In this document: piece by piece, positions 16,435 through 24,933 of the stretch
Layout: each line of letters starts with the position of its first letter
How positions within the stretch are numbered: position 1 is the first letter of the stretch
Assembly (NCBI GenBank): GCA_011364965.1
Contig: RDOB01000001.1
Coordinates: forward strand, 129,368 to 161,367
DNA from: Candidatus Heimdallarchaeota archaeon
Lineage (GTDB): Archaea; Asgardarchaeota; Heimdallarchaeia; Hodarchaeales; Hodarchaeaceae
Length of the DNA stretch: 32,000 nt
Direction of reading: 5' to 3'
Position numbers and translations under genes: made by a program
The notes under the pieces: model-generated
The model's database searches: none
What the model saw: the letters and a program-made list of their open reading frames with translations, nothing else
What the model was told of the DNA's origin: nothing

Positions 16435-18180
16435 TTATCTTCTTCTTTTACGATAAATTGCATATAATGGAGGTAGAGCTAAAAAGGTTGAGATTAATTC
16501 AAATCCAGGGATTGCTCCAAATCCATTTCCAGGTGGTGTACCAGTATCCGAAGTGTCATCAACAGCTAAAGCAGCAACAGCAGAGTAGGCTGGATCATGA
16601 TAAATTTCACCACCATACCACTCGGAGAATTCAGTGAAAGTGAAATAGAGGATAGAAGACACATAAACATCAGCTGTTCCGGCCATTGAGAAAGTATCAC
16701 TTAATTCGTAAGCTAAGAATTTAGTGAAACCATAAGCATAGGCAAATTCAACAGCAAAATATTCTCGGGCAACATTAGTAATAACCCAAGTATCCGAGGG
16801 AGTGAATGGGATAATATAAACCGGACGATCCGCATTAGGGTCAATTCCCCAAAGATCAAAGAGGCCTTTAAGTTTGTAGGTATTTTTATTAGTAAATTCT
16901 GTGAAGAAGAAGGTATTGCCACCTGTTACTAAATCAATGGTCCGGCTAGTCTCATTTTCTAGCTGATTATTAACTGAAGGATCTTCCGCTAATGAAATTC
17001 CGAATGTGGTGGTAGCTGTAGCTACAGTTAATCCAAATCCGTTAGCCATTCGCATACGAGCCTTAGCATCATCATCCAAATAGAAAGCCATTTCATTTAA
17101 GGTTACAGTGACTGCGCTAGGGAGTGGTGCTGGAAGACCAGTTGAGAAACCAGCAAGATCATCAGGAACATCGAATGTATAAGAAGGAGCAGCTACAAAT
17201 GGGGTATGATTCCAATCTGCAGTAGGTAACGTATTTTCATTTATTACTAGAAAATTGGTTTCCCCGATATTATAATGAGTTGTCACTGTACCCAGTACGT
17301 ATTTATTAGCACCTATCATTTCTTGAGTTTTAAATTCATAGTCAAAACTAATATAATCAAGAACACTAGCTGCAACAATATCCCTGCCATATATGATTCC
17401 ACGAGTATCATCTTGGATATATTGACTACCTGCGCCAAAGATATCGACACCAGTCGGTGCTACACCTATTTCTTGCCATAAAACAAACATATTCTCGTAT
17501 CTGATCCCGAATTTGTAGACATCACCCACTTTTTCAAAAGAGGAAGAATAATCAAAGTGTCCAATTCGATAATCATGCATATTATCTTCTAAAACTCCAT
17601 TAACAGCATCAACTAATTCTTGGATGCTAAATGTATAACCTAAGTAAAGCTTGTCTTCGGAATCCATTATTCGATCATTTGGGTCAGATGAATAAGCAAT
17701 TAGTGCCATGAAGTTGTTTGTTACAAATACATCTTGATCTTCAGGAGTTTTGAAGTGTTGTACTAGCTGTTGAAATGGTGCAGTTGCATTGACATGAAAA
17801 ATTGTTGTATCCAAAGGACCTGGATAATAGGGATGCAAGATATCATATACTGCATCGTCAAGCAATTCTCCAAAGGTTATGTCGTGCTCCATCTTTTCTA
17901 GTGCAGAAAAAGCAGTTTCTATTCCACTATCGTTCATATATGCCATGTAGAACTGATGATCTTCAAATTCATCAGTATCTCCAGTTGCTGCGCCAGGATT
18001 AATTAGATCCTTAATTAAGTCAGGATTTGATGGATCAGGGACAGCGAGATCTACTTCTATAGCAAAATATTCTTCGCTAAAAGTATGACCTCCAAACTCT
18101 GTGGCTTGAACTGAAGTGGTAAAAGTAAGGAGAAACAGTAAGGTTATTACTGAAATTCCTATCAAAATTTTCCTTTTCAT
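16435..18180 (-). CDS. secreted surface protein with PGF-CTERM-like sorting signal
   Basis: Signal peptide MKRKILIGISVITLLFLLTFTTSVQA. C-terminus is DDTSDTGTPPGNGFGAIPGFELISTFLALPPLYAIYRKRRR (Thr/Pro linker, PGF, TM helix, basic tail). Paralogous to the upstream gene. Confidence 0.7.
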   Translation of the reverse strand: MKRKILIGISVITLLFLLTFTTSVQATEFGGHTFSEEYFAIEVDLAVPDPSNPDLIKDLINPGAATGDTDEFEDHQFYMAYMNDSGIETAFSALEKMEHDITFGELLDDAVYDILHPYYPGPLDTTIFHVNATAPFQQLVQHFKTPEDQDVFVTNNFMALIAYSSDPNDRIMDSEDKLYLGYTFSIQELVDAVNGVLEDNMHDYRIGHFDYSSSFEKVGDVYKFGIRYENMFVLWQEIGVAPTGVDIFGAGSQYIQDDTRGIIYGRDIVAASVLDYISFDYEFKTQEMIGANKYVLGTVTTHYNIGETNFLVINENTLPTADWNHTPFVAAPSYTFDVPDDLAGFSTGLPAPLPSAVTVTLNEMAFYLDDDAKARMRMANGFGLTVATATTTFGISLAEDPSVNNQLENETSRTIDLVTGGNTFFFTEFTNKNTYKLKGLFDLWGIDPNADRPVYIIPFTPSDTWVITNVAREYFAVEFAYAYGFTKFLAYELSDTFSMAGTADVYVSSILYFTFTEFSEWYGGEIYHDPAYSAVAALAVDDTSDTGTPPGNGFGAIPGFELISTFLALPPLYAIYRKRRR

Positions 18181-18305
18181 TATTATATCACCATTAATGT
18201 AACACTAACTAGAAAATCTATCCGAGAATCACCTAATGGATAGTTCGAGTGTTATGTCTAAGATTAATGCATCTATTCCCCCTTTTAAAAATGTATGAAA
18301 TGAAC

Positions 18306-18335
18306 TTCAGCATTTCTTTACCAATTCATGCTGAA
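18306..18335 (-). terminator. hairpin (8-bp arms TTCAGCAT/ATGCTGAA, 14-nt loop) between the two surface-protein genes
   Basis: A perfect inverted repeat lies between the stop of 18454..20082 and the start of 16435..18180. A T5 run follows on the minus strand (about 18287-18291). Confidence 0.3.
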
Positions 18336-18453
18336 ATCTTCTAATTAATTTTTTTTTCAGCTAGATTTGACACAAGTCGTTAAGTGATAACCTGATATAT
18401 TTCTAATGAAACAAGAGACAACAGTTATTATTTATTCTATCGAAGTTTCATTA

Positions 18454-20082
18454 TCAAAGTTTTCGCCTTTTTCTTATTTTAAGGCTGATCAGCAGTAAGA
18501 CTAAAAATGAGGGAAAGAAAGAAATGGAAGTAATTTGGGAGTGTTCACCGTTGAAGAAGGATTCAGAAGTTGTTGCATGGAGAACATCAAGTAGTTGGAA
18601 TGAAATTGGGTTTCCAGTCCAATTTATAACCCCAGAGTCGCGAAAATACTTTGCAGATTGTAAATATAGTCCTGTAATATCATAAAGCTGATCAGGAGTT
18701 AAATCCTTTATCTGGTTGTTTTCAGAATAGTGTTGAATACATTCAGTAACAATATCTCGAACTATAGAAGTTTCTTGTCTGAATAATAAATTACCCGCGA
18801 ACCCTGTTTGCTGATTCAACGCTATAGAAAATGAGTTCATCGGAAGTAAAGTTGGATTGTTAGCAGGATTCTCAATTGCAAATTCCCGACCATTTATGTA
18901 AGAGGTGAATAAAGGGGCTTCATTAAATAGGAGAGAGACTTCCTCCGTTATTAAAAAATTTTGAGCTCCCAATTCTGCTTTGCTTGTATTTCTTGCGTCT
19001 ATATACACCTCAATTCCTTCTAGAGTTTTCGTTCCATTCAATAAGCCTAAACTTTGACTTGTTATTAAAGAGAAGGTTAAACTGTCAAATAATGTGAGAC
19101 GGTGGGAAATATCACTACCTGTATAGTAAGAAAAAGTATCGTTTATTTCAAGTAAGCCAAATAGATTCTCCTCAACGCGAAAATCAAAAGCATTTATCCA
19201 GGTACCCTCTGGTAAATCTTCATTAATAATGAGAGTTAGAATTTTTCCCACGTTTACTTTAACTCTTGATTCTACGCCATTTTCTTTATTTAAGATGTAT
19301 TTTGAGACAGAAAAGGTGAAAGCTAGGGTTTCGAACTGAAGAAAGAGAAGATTGGAACCAATTTCAAATTCAAAAAAACCAATTCCTTCTGTTTGAAAGA
19401 GAAATGTTACATTTGAATAAATAACATCAACCTGAAAACTATCCTTTTTCTCCTGAATATTAATTGATGGATTATAGGGGAACTCAGTAAATATATTACC
19501 AACATTCATCGCAGTATTAACTGTTTGTATGTCAGTACCATATCCTATTATTAAGTTTATAAGATCCATTGGTAAATTAGCATACCCTAGCTGATATGTT
19601 GCTGGGTTATAATTCTCTTCATCAATTTTAAGTGCAATTCCTAATATATCCAGACTTGAAACAACATCAAATCCTTGGGGAAGAGTATAATGATTAACAA
19701 GTTTCATAAATGGTAGTGGGGTTTGGTATTTGATGGGAGTATCAAAACCAAATATTTCCTGTGTGCGTCCTACCTTCTCAATGGCCATTATCGCTGTACT
19801 TATCCCATGGTACTTCTGGCTTATTAGAGAAAGAATATTATCTTCTTGAAGGTCACTATCATTGGTAGAAAATTGTTCAGAAGAGATTAAATCAGTTAAT
19901 AAATCGAGATTACGATTAAAAGAATTATAATCAAACCGTAATCCAAATAAATCTTCGTTGTAATAATCTGATAAATTGTCAAACTGATAACTTGGAGATC
20001 CATTTGAGACCACTACATTAGTTGAATATAAGAGGATTAACATAAGTATAGGCCAATATCGATATCGCGAGAGTGATTTCAT
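18454..20082 (-). CDS. secreted, sequon-rich surface protein with C-terminal TM anchor and basic tail (paralog of 16435..18180)
   Basis: The preferred start is the ATG at 20082 (MKSLSRYRYWPILMLILL..., signal-peptide-like). It overlaps the upstream stop as TAATG. The ORF track starts 10 codons earlier at 20112. Many N-x-S/T sequons are present. The C-terminus is FFPSFLVLLLISLKIRKRRKL. Blocks are shared with the downstream paralog (GISTAIMAIEKV vs GIETAFSALEKM; PFMKLVNHY vs PFQQLVQHF). Confidence 0.65.
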   Translation of the reverse strand: MKSLSRYRYWPILMLILLYSTNVVVSNGSPSYQFDNLSDYYNEDLFGLRFDYNSFNRNLDLLTDLISSEQFSTNDSDLQEDNILSLISQKYHGISTAIMAIEKVGRTQEIFGFDTPIKYQTPLPFMKLVNHYTLPQGFDVVSSLDILGIALKIDEENYNPATYQLGYANLPMDLINLIIGYGTDIQTVNTAMNVGNIFTEFPYNPSINIQEKKDSFQVDVIYSNVTFLFQTEGIGFFEFEIGSNLLFLQFETLAFTFSVSKYILNKENGVESRVKVNVGKILTLIINEDLPEGTWINAFDFRVEENLFGLLEINDTFSYYTGSDISHRLTLFDSLTFSLITSQSLGLLNGTKTLEGIEVYIDARNTSKAELGAQNFLITEEVSLLFNEAPLFTSYINGREFAIENPANNPTLLPMNSFSIALNQQTGFAGNLLFRQETSIVRDIVTECIQHYSENNQIKDLTPDQLYDITGLYLQSAKYFRDSGVINWTGNPISFQLLDVLHATTSESFFNGEHSQITSISFFPSFLVLLLISLKIRKRRKL

Positions 20083-21551
20083 TAAGCAGCCTCCAAATAG
20101 TTTCTTAGCCAATTCAAGTGCTTCGGGCCAACCATGTATTCGTATCTTTTTCTGTCTTTCACTGTAATTATTATTCCAAGTTCTCCCAATTTTTTTATAT
20201 GATGCTGTACGCTAGAATGATGAACATCAATTTCTTGGGATATCTTTGAGAGGGATAATGGTTTCGGTTCTCTGAGTAATAATCGACATAATTCTTTGGC
20301 TACATCGCTTTTCAACGCTAAAGCCAACTCTGTAATTGTTGTCGACTTTTCCCCTGTTAAGTAAAAAATATGGTATTTACCAAGTTTTGCATGAGTAACC
20401 AGATTAAAGTCATCTAAAGCCTGAAGGTGCCACAAGAGCGAAGAAATCCCACATCCAACTTCTCGTTGGATCTCTCTTAAATGTGCTCCTTCTTCCCCTT
20501 TATGTTGCAAATATTCCATAATCTGCTCTCGTAATTCATTCTCTAGTAACTCATCTTCACTGATACGCCTTTTCTGAGGGGAATATGCAATATGAGCAAT
20601 TAGAAAAAACCCACTCATCAATATTCCAACAATAAAATCTTTTAGTTTGGTAAGTAAACCAAATTTTATGGCTGAAACTAGAAGAAAAATGCTGGTAATA
20701 GATATTATTCCGACTGTAACTATATCACCTAATCCAATCATTTGAAGAAAGGCATTATTATTTCCAGAAAGCGTACCAATCGTGATTTCGGCTACTTGAG
20801 CTAGCAAATCAACTATGGCTATTGATTGAAGAGAAGCTCCATAGCCTATGGGCTCTATTTCATAATTTATAGAGAAAGAAGCTACAATTTCTCTACTGTC
20901 AGCGCGCCATATGCCAGAAGTTAAATTATTTAATTCTGGAATCAAAAAAGGAGGAGAAATTTCAGCTAAAACCTGACATTGGTCAGAAAGGTCGACCCAT
21001 GCTGCACTACCAGAGAAGAGTGTAGTTAATTCGGTTTCATTTAATTCTGTAAAGAATTTAGGATTCAGAATTAGTTTTTGTTCACTAAAAGATCCATTAA
21101 TTGGAACAACAAGTGGTGCATAACTTCTGATGCCAAATTGGTTTAGAATCTCAATAGGAGTATGTTCAAAATATCTGTTCAGTAGGAATATACCCCTATT
21201 TGTTTCTTTCCAATTAGCTAAGCTTGCTAAAAAACCCAAATCGATTGGTAGAGGTAGCTCATTTATCCACCAAATACTAACAAAACTGTCGTTGTTAAAT
21301 ACAAATGACGAATCTGAAAGCACTTCTGTAATGTTATAAAATACTGCAGTTTTCTCAATATGCGTAATTAGATCCTCGCTTAATTTTCTATCATTCTCAG
21401 AACCAAAAAATACTGCAATGGTACCTTCGGTCTCATAGAATTTTGCAGCTGCTCTCTGTGTAATAAAAAGACAGTTTACCAAAATAATACAGAAGAAGAT
21501 GAATCCGCTGTTTGAAAATATTCTCTTCTTTGTATTCTTTGGATACTCCAT
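20082..21551 (-). CDS. membrane-anchored transcription regulator: extracytoplasmic domain, two TM helices, two C-terminal ArsR-like wHTH domains
   Basis: N-terminal signal/anchor (FIFFCIILVNCLFI). About 250-aa outside domain with N-x-S/T sequons. TM pair (IVTVGIISITSIFLLVSAI / IVGILMSGFFLIAHIAY). Then IMEYLQHKGEEGAHLREIQREVGCGISSLLWHLQAL and LSLSKISQEIDVHHSSVQHHIKKLGELGII. Confidence 0.65.
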   Translation of the reverse strand: MEYPKNTKKRIFSNSGFIFFCIILVNCLFITQRAAAKFYETEGTIAVFFGSENDRKLSEDLITHIEKTAVFYNITEVLSDSSFVFNNDSFVSIWWINELPLPIDLGFLASLANWKETNRGIFLLNRYFEHTPIEILNQFGIRSYAPLVVPINGSFSEQKLILNPKFFTELNETELTTLFSGSAAWVDLSDQCQVLAEISPPFLIPELNNLTSGIWRADSREIVASFSINYEIEPIGYGASLQSIAIVDLLAQVAEITIGTLSGNNNAFLQMIGLGDIVTVGIISITSIFLLVSAIKFGLLTKLKDFIVGILMSGFFLIAHIAYSPQKRRISEDELLENELREQIMEYLQHKGEEGAHLREIQREVGCGISSLLWHLQALDDFNLVTHAKLGKYHIFYLTGEKSTTITELALALKSDVAKELCRLLLREPKPLSLSKISQEIDVHHSSVQHHIKKLGELGIIITVKDRKRYEYMVGPKHLNWLRNYLEAA

Positions 21552-21689
21552 ATTTTTTATGCACCTATATTTTAATAACTGAAACTAACTAAAAAAAGTC
21601 TTCCGAATCAATATTCCGCAAACAACTTTAAATTAAAAAAATTAGTTGTTCCAAAAGGAAATTTGTCTTGCATTAACAAGGAAACCTAA

Positions 21690-22211
21690 ATGATGACCAA
21701 ACCTATTTTCAGCTCATATCTTACTGCTCCTTGGAAAAGGAAGTATGTCGAAGAGAAAAAAGATCCCCACCAATGCGTTTTCTGCTCAATAACCAACAGG
21801 ATTGCTAATCTAGATCGATGGGAGATCTTTCGTGATGATAGAGTTGCTATTACTTTGAATAAATTCCCCTATAACCCGGGTCATATCCTAGTTTTCCCTT
21901 TAGCTCACTATGAAGAGATTGAGAACTTACCTGAAGATCTAGTTTTTCATCTTTCTCTCCTGATTCAACGTTCTATCAAAGTATTAAAGATAAGTCATCA
22001 ACCCTTGGGGTTTAATATTGGATTGAATATAGGTAGTTTTAGCGGAGCAAGCGTTTCCCATATTCATTGGCATATTGTCCCCCGTTATATGGGAGATTTG
22101 AATTTTATGGAAATTCTGGAAACCCGAGTGTTAGTGGAAACTCTTGAAGACACATTCAACAAACTGATTCAATACAACGACATGTTTCAGGTTAAAAGGT
22201 CGATTTTATGA
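21690..22211 (+). CDS. HIT-family nucleotide hydrolase/phosphorylase (Ap4A phosphorylase-like)
   Basis: Histidine triad VSHIHWHIVPRY, and an N-terminal APWKRKYV...CVFC typical of this HIT branch. Confidence 0.8.
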   Translation: MMTKPIFSSYLTAPWKRKYVEEKKDPHQCVFCSITNRIANLDRWEIFRDDRVAITLNKFPYNPGHILVFPLAHYEEIENLPEDLVFHLSLLIQRSIKVLKISHQPLGFNIGLNIGSFSGASVSHIHWHIVPRYMGDLNFMEILETRVLVETLEDTFNKLIQYNDMFQVKRSIL

Positions 22212-22374
22212 AACAGAAAACTGATCTGATATTAATTAACATTTGAATTGGTCTATAATCTTTCTAGAATAACTCAATACATCTGATCTTTCAATTTGAA
22301 ATGAAATGCTTAAATAACTCGACTTTTAATATCCAAATAAGTATAAAATATTTTTATACTATGAAAGAAATTTC

Positions 22375-22851
22375 ATGTTGAACAAAATCATAGAGACGAT
22401 TGAAATGATATTCCAAAAACTATTACGAAAAAAAAGGGCAGTAAGTCCAATCCTTGCTGCGATTCTCTTAATTGGGTTGGCAATTGCAGCAGGTGCAATT
22501 TTGTTTGTAGTTGTAATTCCATTGATTCAAAATCCGGGCGGAACACTGGTTTTTGATGAAACAGCGACTGAATTTACAGGAAATACAACAGCTAAACTTG
22601 CATTGAAAAATGAAGGATCTGAAAAAGTTACTATAACTGCAATCACTATTGAATATAATGATGGAACTGGTTACGCAAGTGCATCCTTCAATTTCGTTAC
22701 TTTTACCATAAATACTGGTGCAGGGCAAGTAAAAACTTATACTTTAACAGGAACTCCTGACGCGGCGACTATTACTAAGTGGCGAGTAACTGTTGAATTT
22801 GAAATTGATGGAGAAGCTCAAACGGATTTAATTGTTGAATTTAATCCTTAA
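22375..22851 (+). CDS. archaeal type IV pilin-like protein with class III signal peptide (DUF1628-like N-terminus)
   Basis: KKRAVSPILAAILLIGLAIAAGAILFVVV matches the prepilin peptidase-type signal ([KR][AG]-VSP plus a hydrophobic helix). The true start is more likely the ATG at 22405 (MIFQKLLRKKRAVSP). Confidence 0.7.
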   Translation: MLNKIIETIEMIFQKLLRKKRAVSPILAAILLIGLAIAAGAILFVVVIPLIQNPGGTLVFDETATEFTGNTTAKLALKNEGSEKVTITAITIEYNDGTGYASASFNFVTFTINTGAGQVKTYTLTGTPDAATITKWRVTVEFEIDGEAQTDLIVEFNP

Positions 22852-22917
22852 TCTCATTTATTTTTTCTCTTTTCCTTTTTATTAAATTTCATTAGATAGA
22901 TCCTCAGATTTAGGATT

Positions 22918-23376
22918 TCATTTCAGCCGACATGAATCCGCCCGACTTCGTATAAATTTATTAATAACAAGTTTTCCGTCTGTTTGGAATTTTCGCATTT
23001 TAACTGCGAAATCTTCCCAGTAAGTGAGAAGTGCCTCTCTTTGCTCTCGCTTAGTAACCATTTCAGTATTGAGAAAGAAAGAGATATCATAACCTTTCTC
23101 AGGTTCGCGAATAACCTTGATTTTAGATCCAGGATCCCGCCATAGCTCATTTCGGATTCTATCAAAGATGAATTCTTCAACTGGGTCATTAAAAGCAAGT
23201 TTTAGGGATACAATAGCAGAATTGCCCTGCTTGATTAATTGCCCATTTTCAAAACTAAGTTCCTCACGTCTGATTTTCTCACAGCATGGGTGATCAGGAT
23301 CAAGAATGCATATAGGTTCCATCCCTGTTTGGCATGGGACGACCTGTAAAACTAGATCTGATTCCTTTAATGGCAT
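22918..23376 (-). CDS. hypothetical protein with N-terminal Cys cluster
   Basis: Clean 152-aa ORF with coding-like composition. Contains CQTGMEPICILDPDHPCC. No family recognised. Confidence 0.45.
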   Translation of the reverse strand: MPLKESDLVLQVVPCQTGMEPICILDPDHPCCEKIRREELSFENGQLIKQGNSAIVSLKLAFNDPVEEFIFDRIRNELWRDPGSKIKVIREPEKGYDISFFLNTEMVTKREQREALLTYWEDFAVKMRKFQTDGKLVINKFIRSRADSCRLK

Positions 23377-23521
23377 TAAACCTCACCAGAAGTCAATCAA
23401 TAATGATGAATTATATTCCGCTTTCCTATTTAACTGATAGGTTTATTGGTAAAACATAGTTCCTTCCTTCTTTTCTAAGGTTTTACCTTAGCAAAGATTC
23501 GTCATTAATAGAATACTAATC

Positions 23522-23953
23522 CTAAAATTCCCGAATTTTAAGGAGTTTATTTTTTGTTGAAGTAACAAGATAATGCATTAGTCCTAATTTAACATCTGGT
23601 GAAGTAATTATAACAAGTATTGTTGAATTCACTTTTGAAATTAGTCCTAGTCCTAATGGAGTCTGCACATGAATAAAATCGATAGTATTTCCTAAATCAA
23701 GCTGAACACAAGCACTAGAAAACGTACTAACTATACCAGCTACCATAGCTGAAACTAGGATTTCCACTTCATCTGTGATGGGAGCAGTTTGAGCACTCAT
23801 TATTGGAAATCCCTCCTCACTTACTAATAAGGCTTTTTCCACTCCTTTTACTAATCCAAGTCCATCCAGTATCTTCTGGATCTGTTCGGTTGAACTAATC
23901 CCTTCATTTTTTTCAGTAGTCATATTTCCAAAGGTTGCCATGTAATCATCCAC
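23522..23953 (-). CDS. Roadblock/LC7 (MglB-like) domain protein
   Basis: The size and pattern are typical of Roadblock/LC7: ILDGLGLVKGVEKALLVSEEGFPI ... ILVSAMVAGIVSTFSSACVQLDLG ... FIHVQTPLGLGLISKV ... ILVIITS. Confidence 0.65.
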   Translation of the reverse strand: MDDYMATFGNMTTEKNEGISSTEQIQKILDGLGLVKGVEKALLVSEEGFPIMSAQTAPITDEVEILVSAMVAGIVSTFSSACVQLDLGNTIDFIHVQTPLGLGLISKVNSTILVIITSPDVKLGLMHYLVTSTKNKLLKIREF

Positions 23954-24250
23954 TTTGTTTTGTCATTCCAAACTTAATACTCCAAGAAGTTTATAAGAAC
24001 CAAAAATTTTGAATTGATGTATTCATCCTTCTCTCGTGACTCTAAAGAAATCCTGATTCTACACGATTCTATCAAAATAAATGATAATTTTCTCGTTTAT
24101 ACAAAATAAAAGAGTTTGTGAGATATATTTCGATAAAAGTAATATCTCTTCCTATTCATTAGTCTTCTTTTGCTGGTTTTCCTTAGTAAGTAAGAGAAGA
24201 GTTTATTATCATTTAACCGTGCGAGGTAATTAGACTGTGAGGTTACCGGA

Positions 24251-24433
24251 ATGAGCGAGAACATACGAATGCAGAGATGTAATCCCTGTCAAGTTGCAGT
24301 AATGCCAAGTGAACATGGAACAACTCAATTTGATTGCCCCGATTGTGGAATGATTCGAATAATTCGTTGTGAACGTTGTCGAAAACTAGGAAATAGGTAT
24401 GTTTGTCCCAATTGTGGTTTTTCGGGGCCTTAG
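24251..24433 (+). CDS. small four-CxxC zinc-ribbon protein (DUF1610 / HVO_2753-like)
   Basis: CNPC, CPDC, CERC and CPNC within 60 aa. It sits immediately upstream of aEF-1beta, a linkage I recall as conserved in archaea. Confidence 0.7.
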   Translation: MSENIRMQRCNPCQVAVMPSEHGTTQFDCPDCGMIRIIRCERCRKLGNRYVCPNCGFSGP

Positions 24434-24492
24434 GTCAATATATTTTATTAATCATTTCCATTTTCTTTCTTCTCAATACCTGAGGAATAATC

Positions 24493-24780
24493 ATGTCAAA
24501 TGTGCTATCAATTTTGAAAGTAATCCCATCTTCTCCAGAAGTTGATCGAGAGGATATTGTGGCTCGTGCAAAGAACGAGTTAAGTAAAGGTTTAAATCTA
24601 GAGATTCTAAAAAAGGAAGAAGAACCATTATTCTTCGGTTTGTATGCTATCAAGCTTTTTGTAAAAACTCCAGACTCAGATGAAGGAACGGAAACTCTTC
24701 AAACTTTTGAAAACCGTTTAGTAAGTCTAGATGAAGTTGATAATTGTGAAGTTGAGTTACAGACAATCATTGATTATTAA
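24493..24780 (+). CDS. ef1b: translation elongation factor aEF-1 beta
   Basis: About 90 aa. LKVIPSSPEVD...EEEPLFFGLYAIKLFV...DEGTE matches the aEF-1beta pattern (KVMPESPDVD...EEPIAFGL...). Confidence 0.85.
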   Translation: MSNVLSILKVIPSSPEVDREDIVARAKNELSKGLNLEILKKEEEPLFFGLYAIKLFVKTPDSDEGTETLQTFENRLVSLDEVDNCEVELQTIIDY

Positions 24781-24933
24781 ATATACTCTAATCGTGTTTT
24801 TCAGCTTTTTAAATCTCTAAGAAGAAAAGGGATTTAGACTTATCTTCTAACTGGAAAACTGATATTTTTAATTGGAATCAATTTTAAATGAAGAACGTGT
24901 CAATTAAGCCGGAATTACCAGAGACATCCTAGG

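Noticed and set aside
24014-24056. Possible C/D box sRNA (UUGAUGU ... CUGA) in the 297-bp spacer upstream of the Zn-ribbon gene
   Set aside because: The C box is degenerate (GAUGU rather than GAUGA). There are no convincing C'/D' boxes and no terminal stem. The span is shorter than typical archaeal C/D RNAs.
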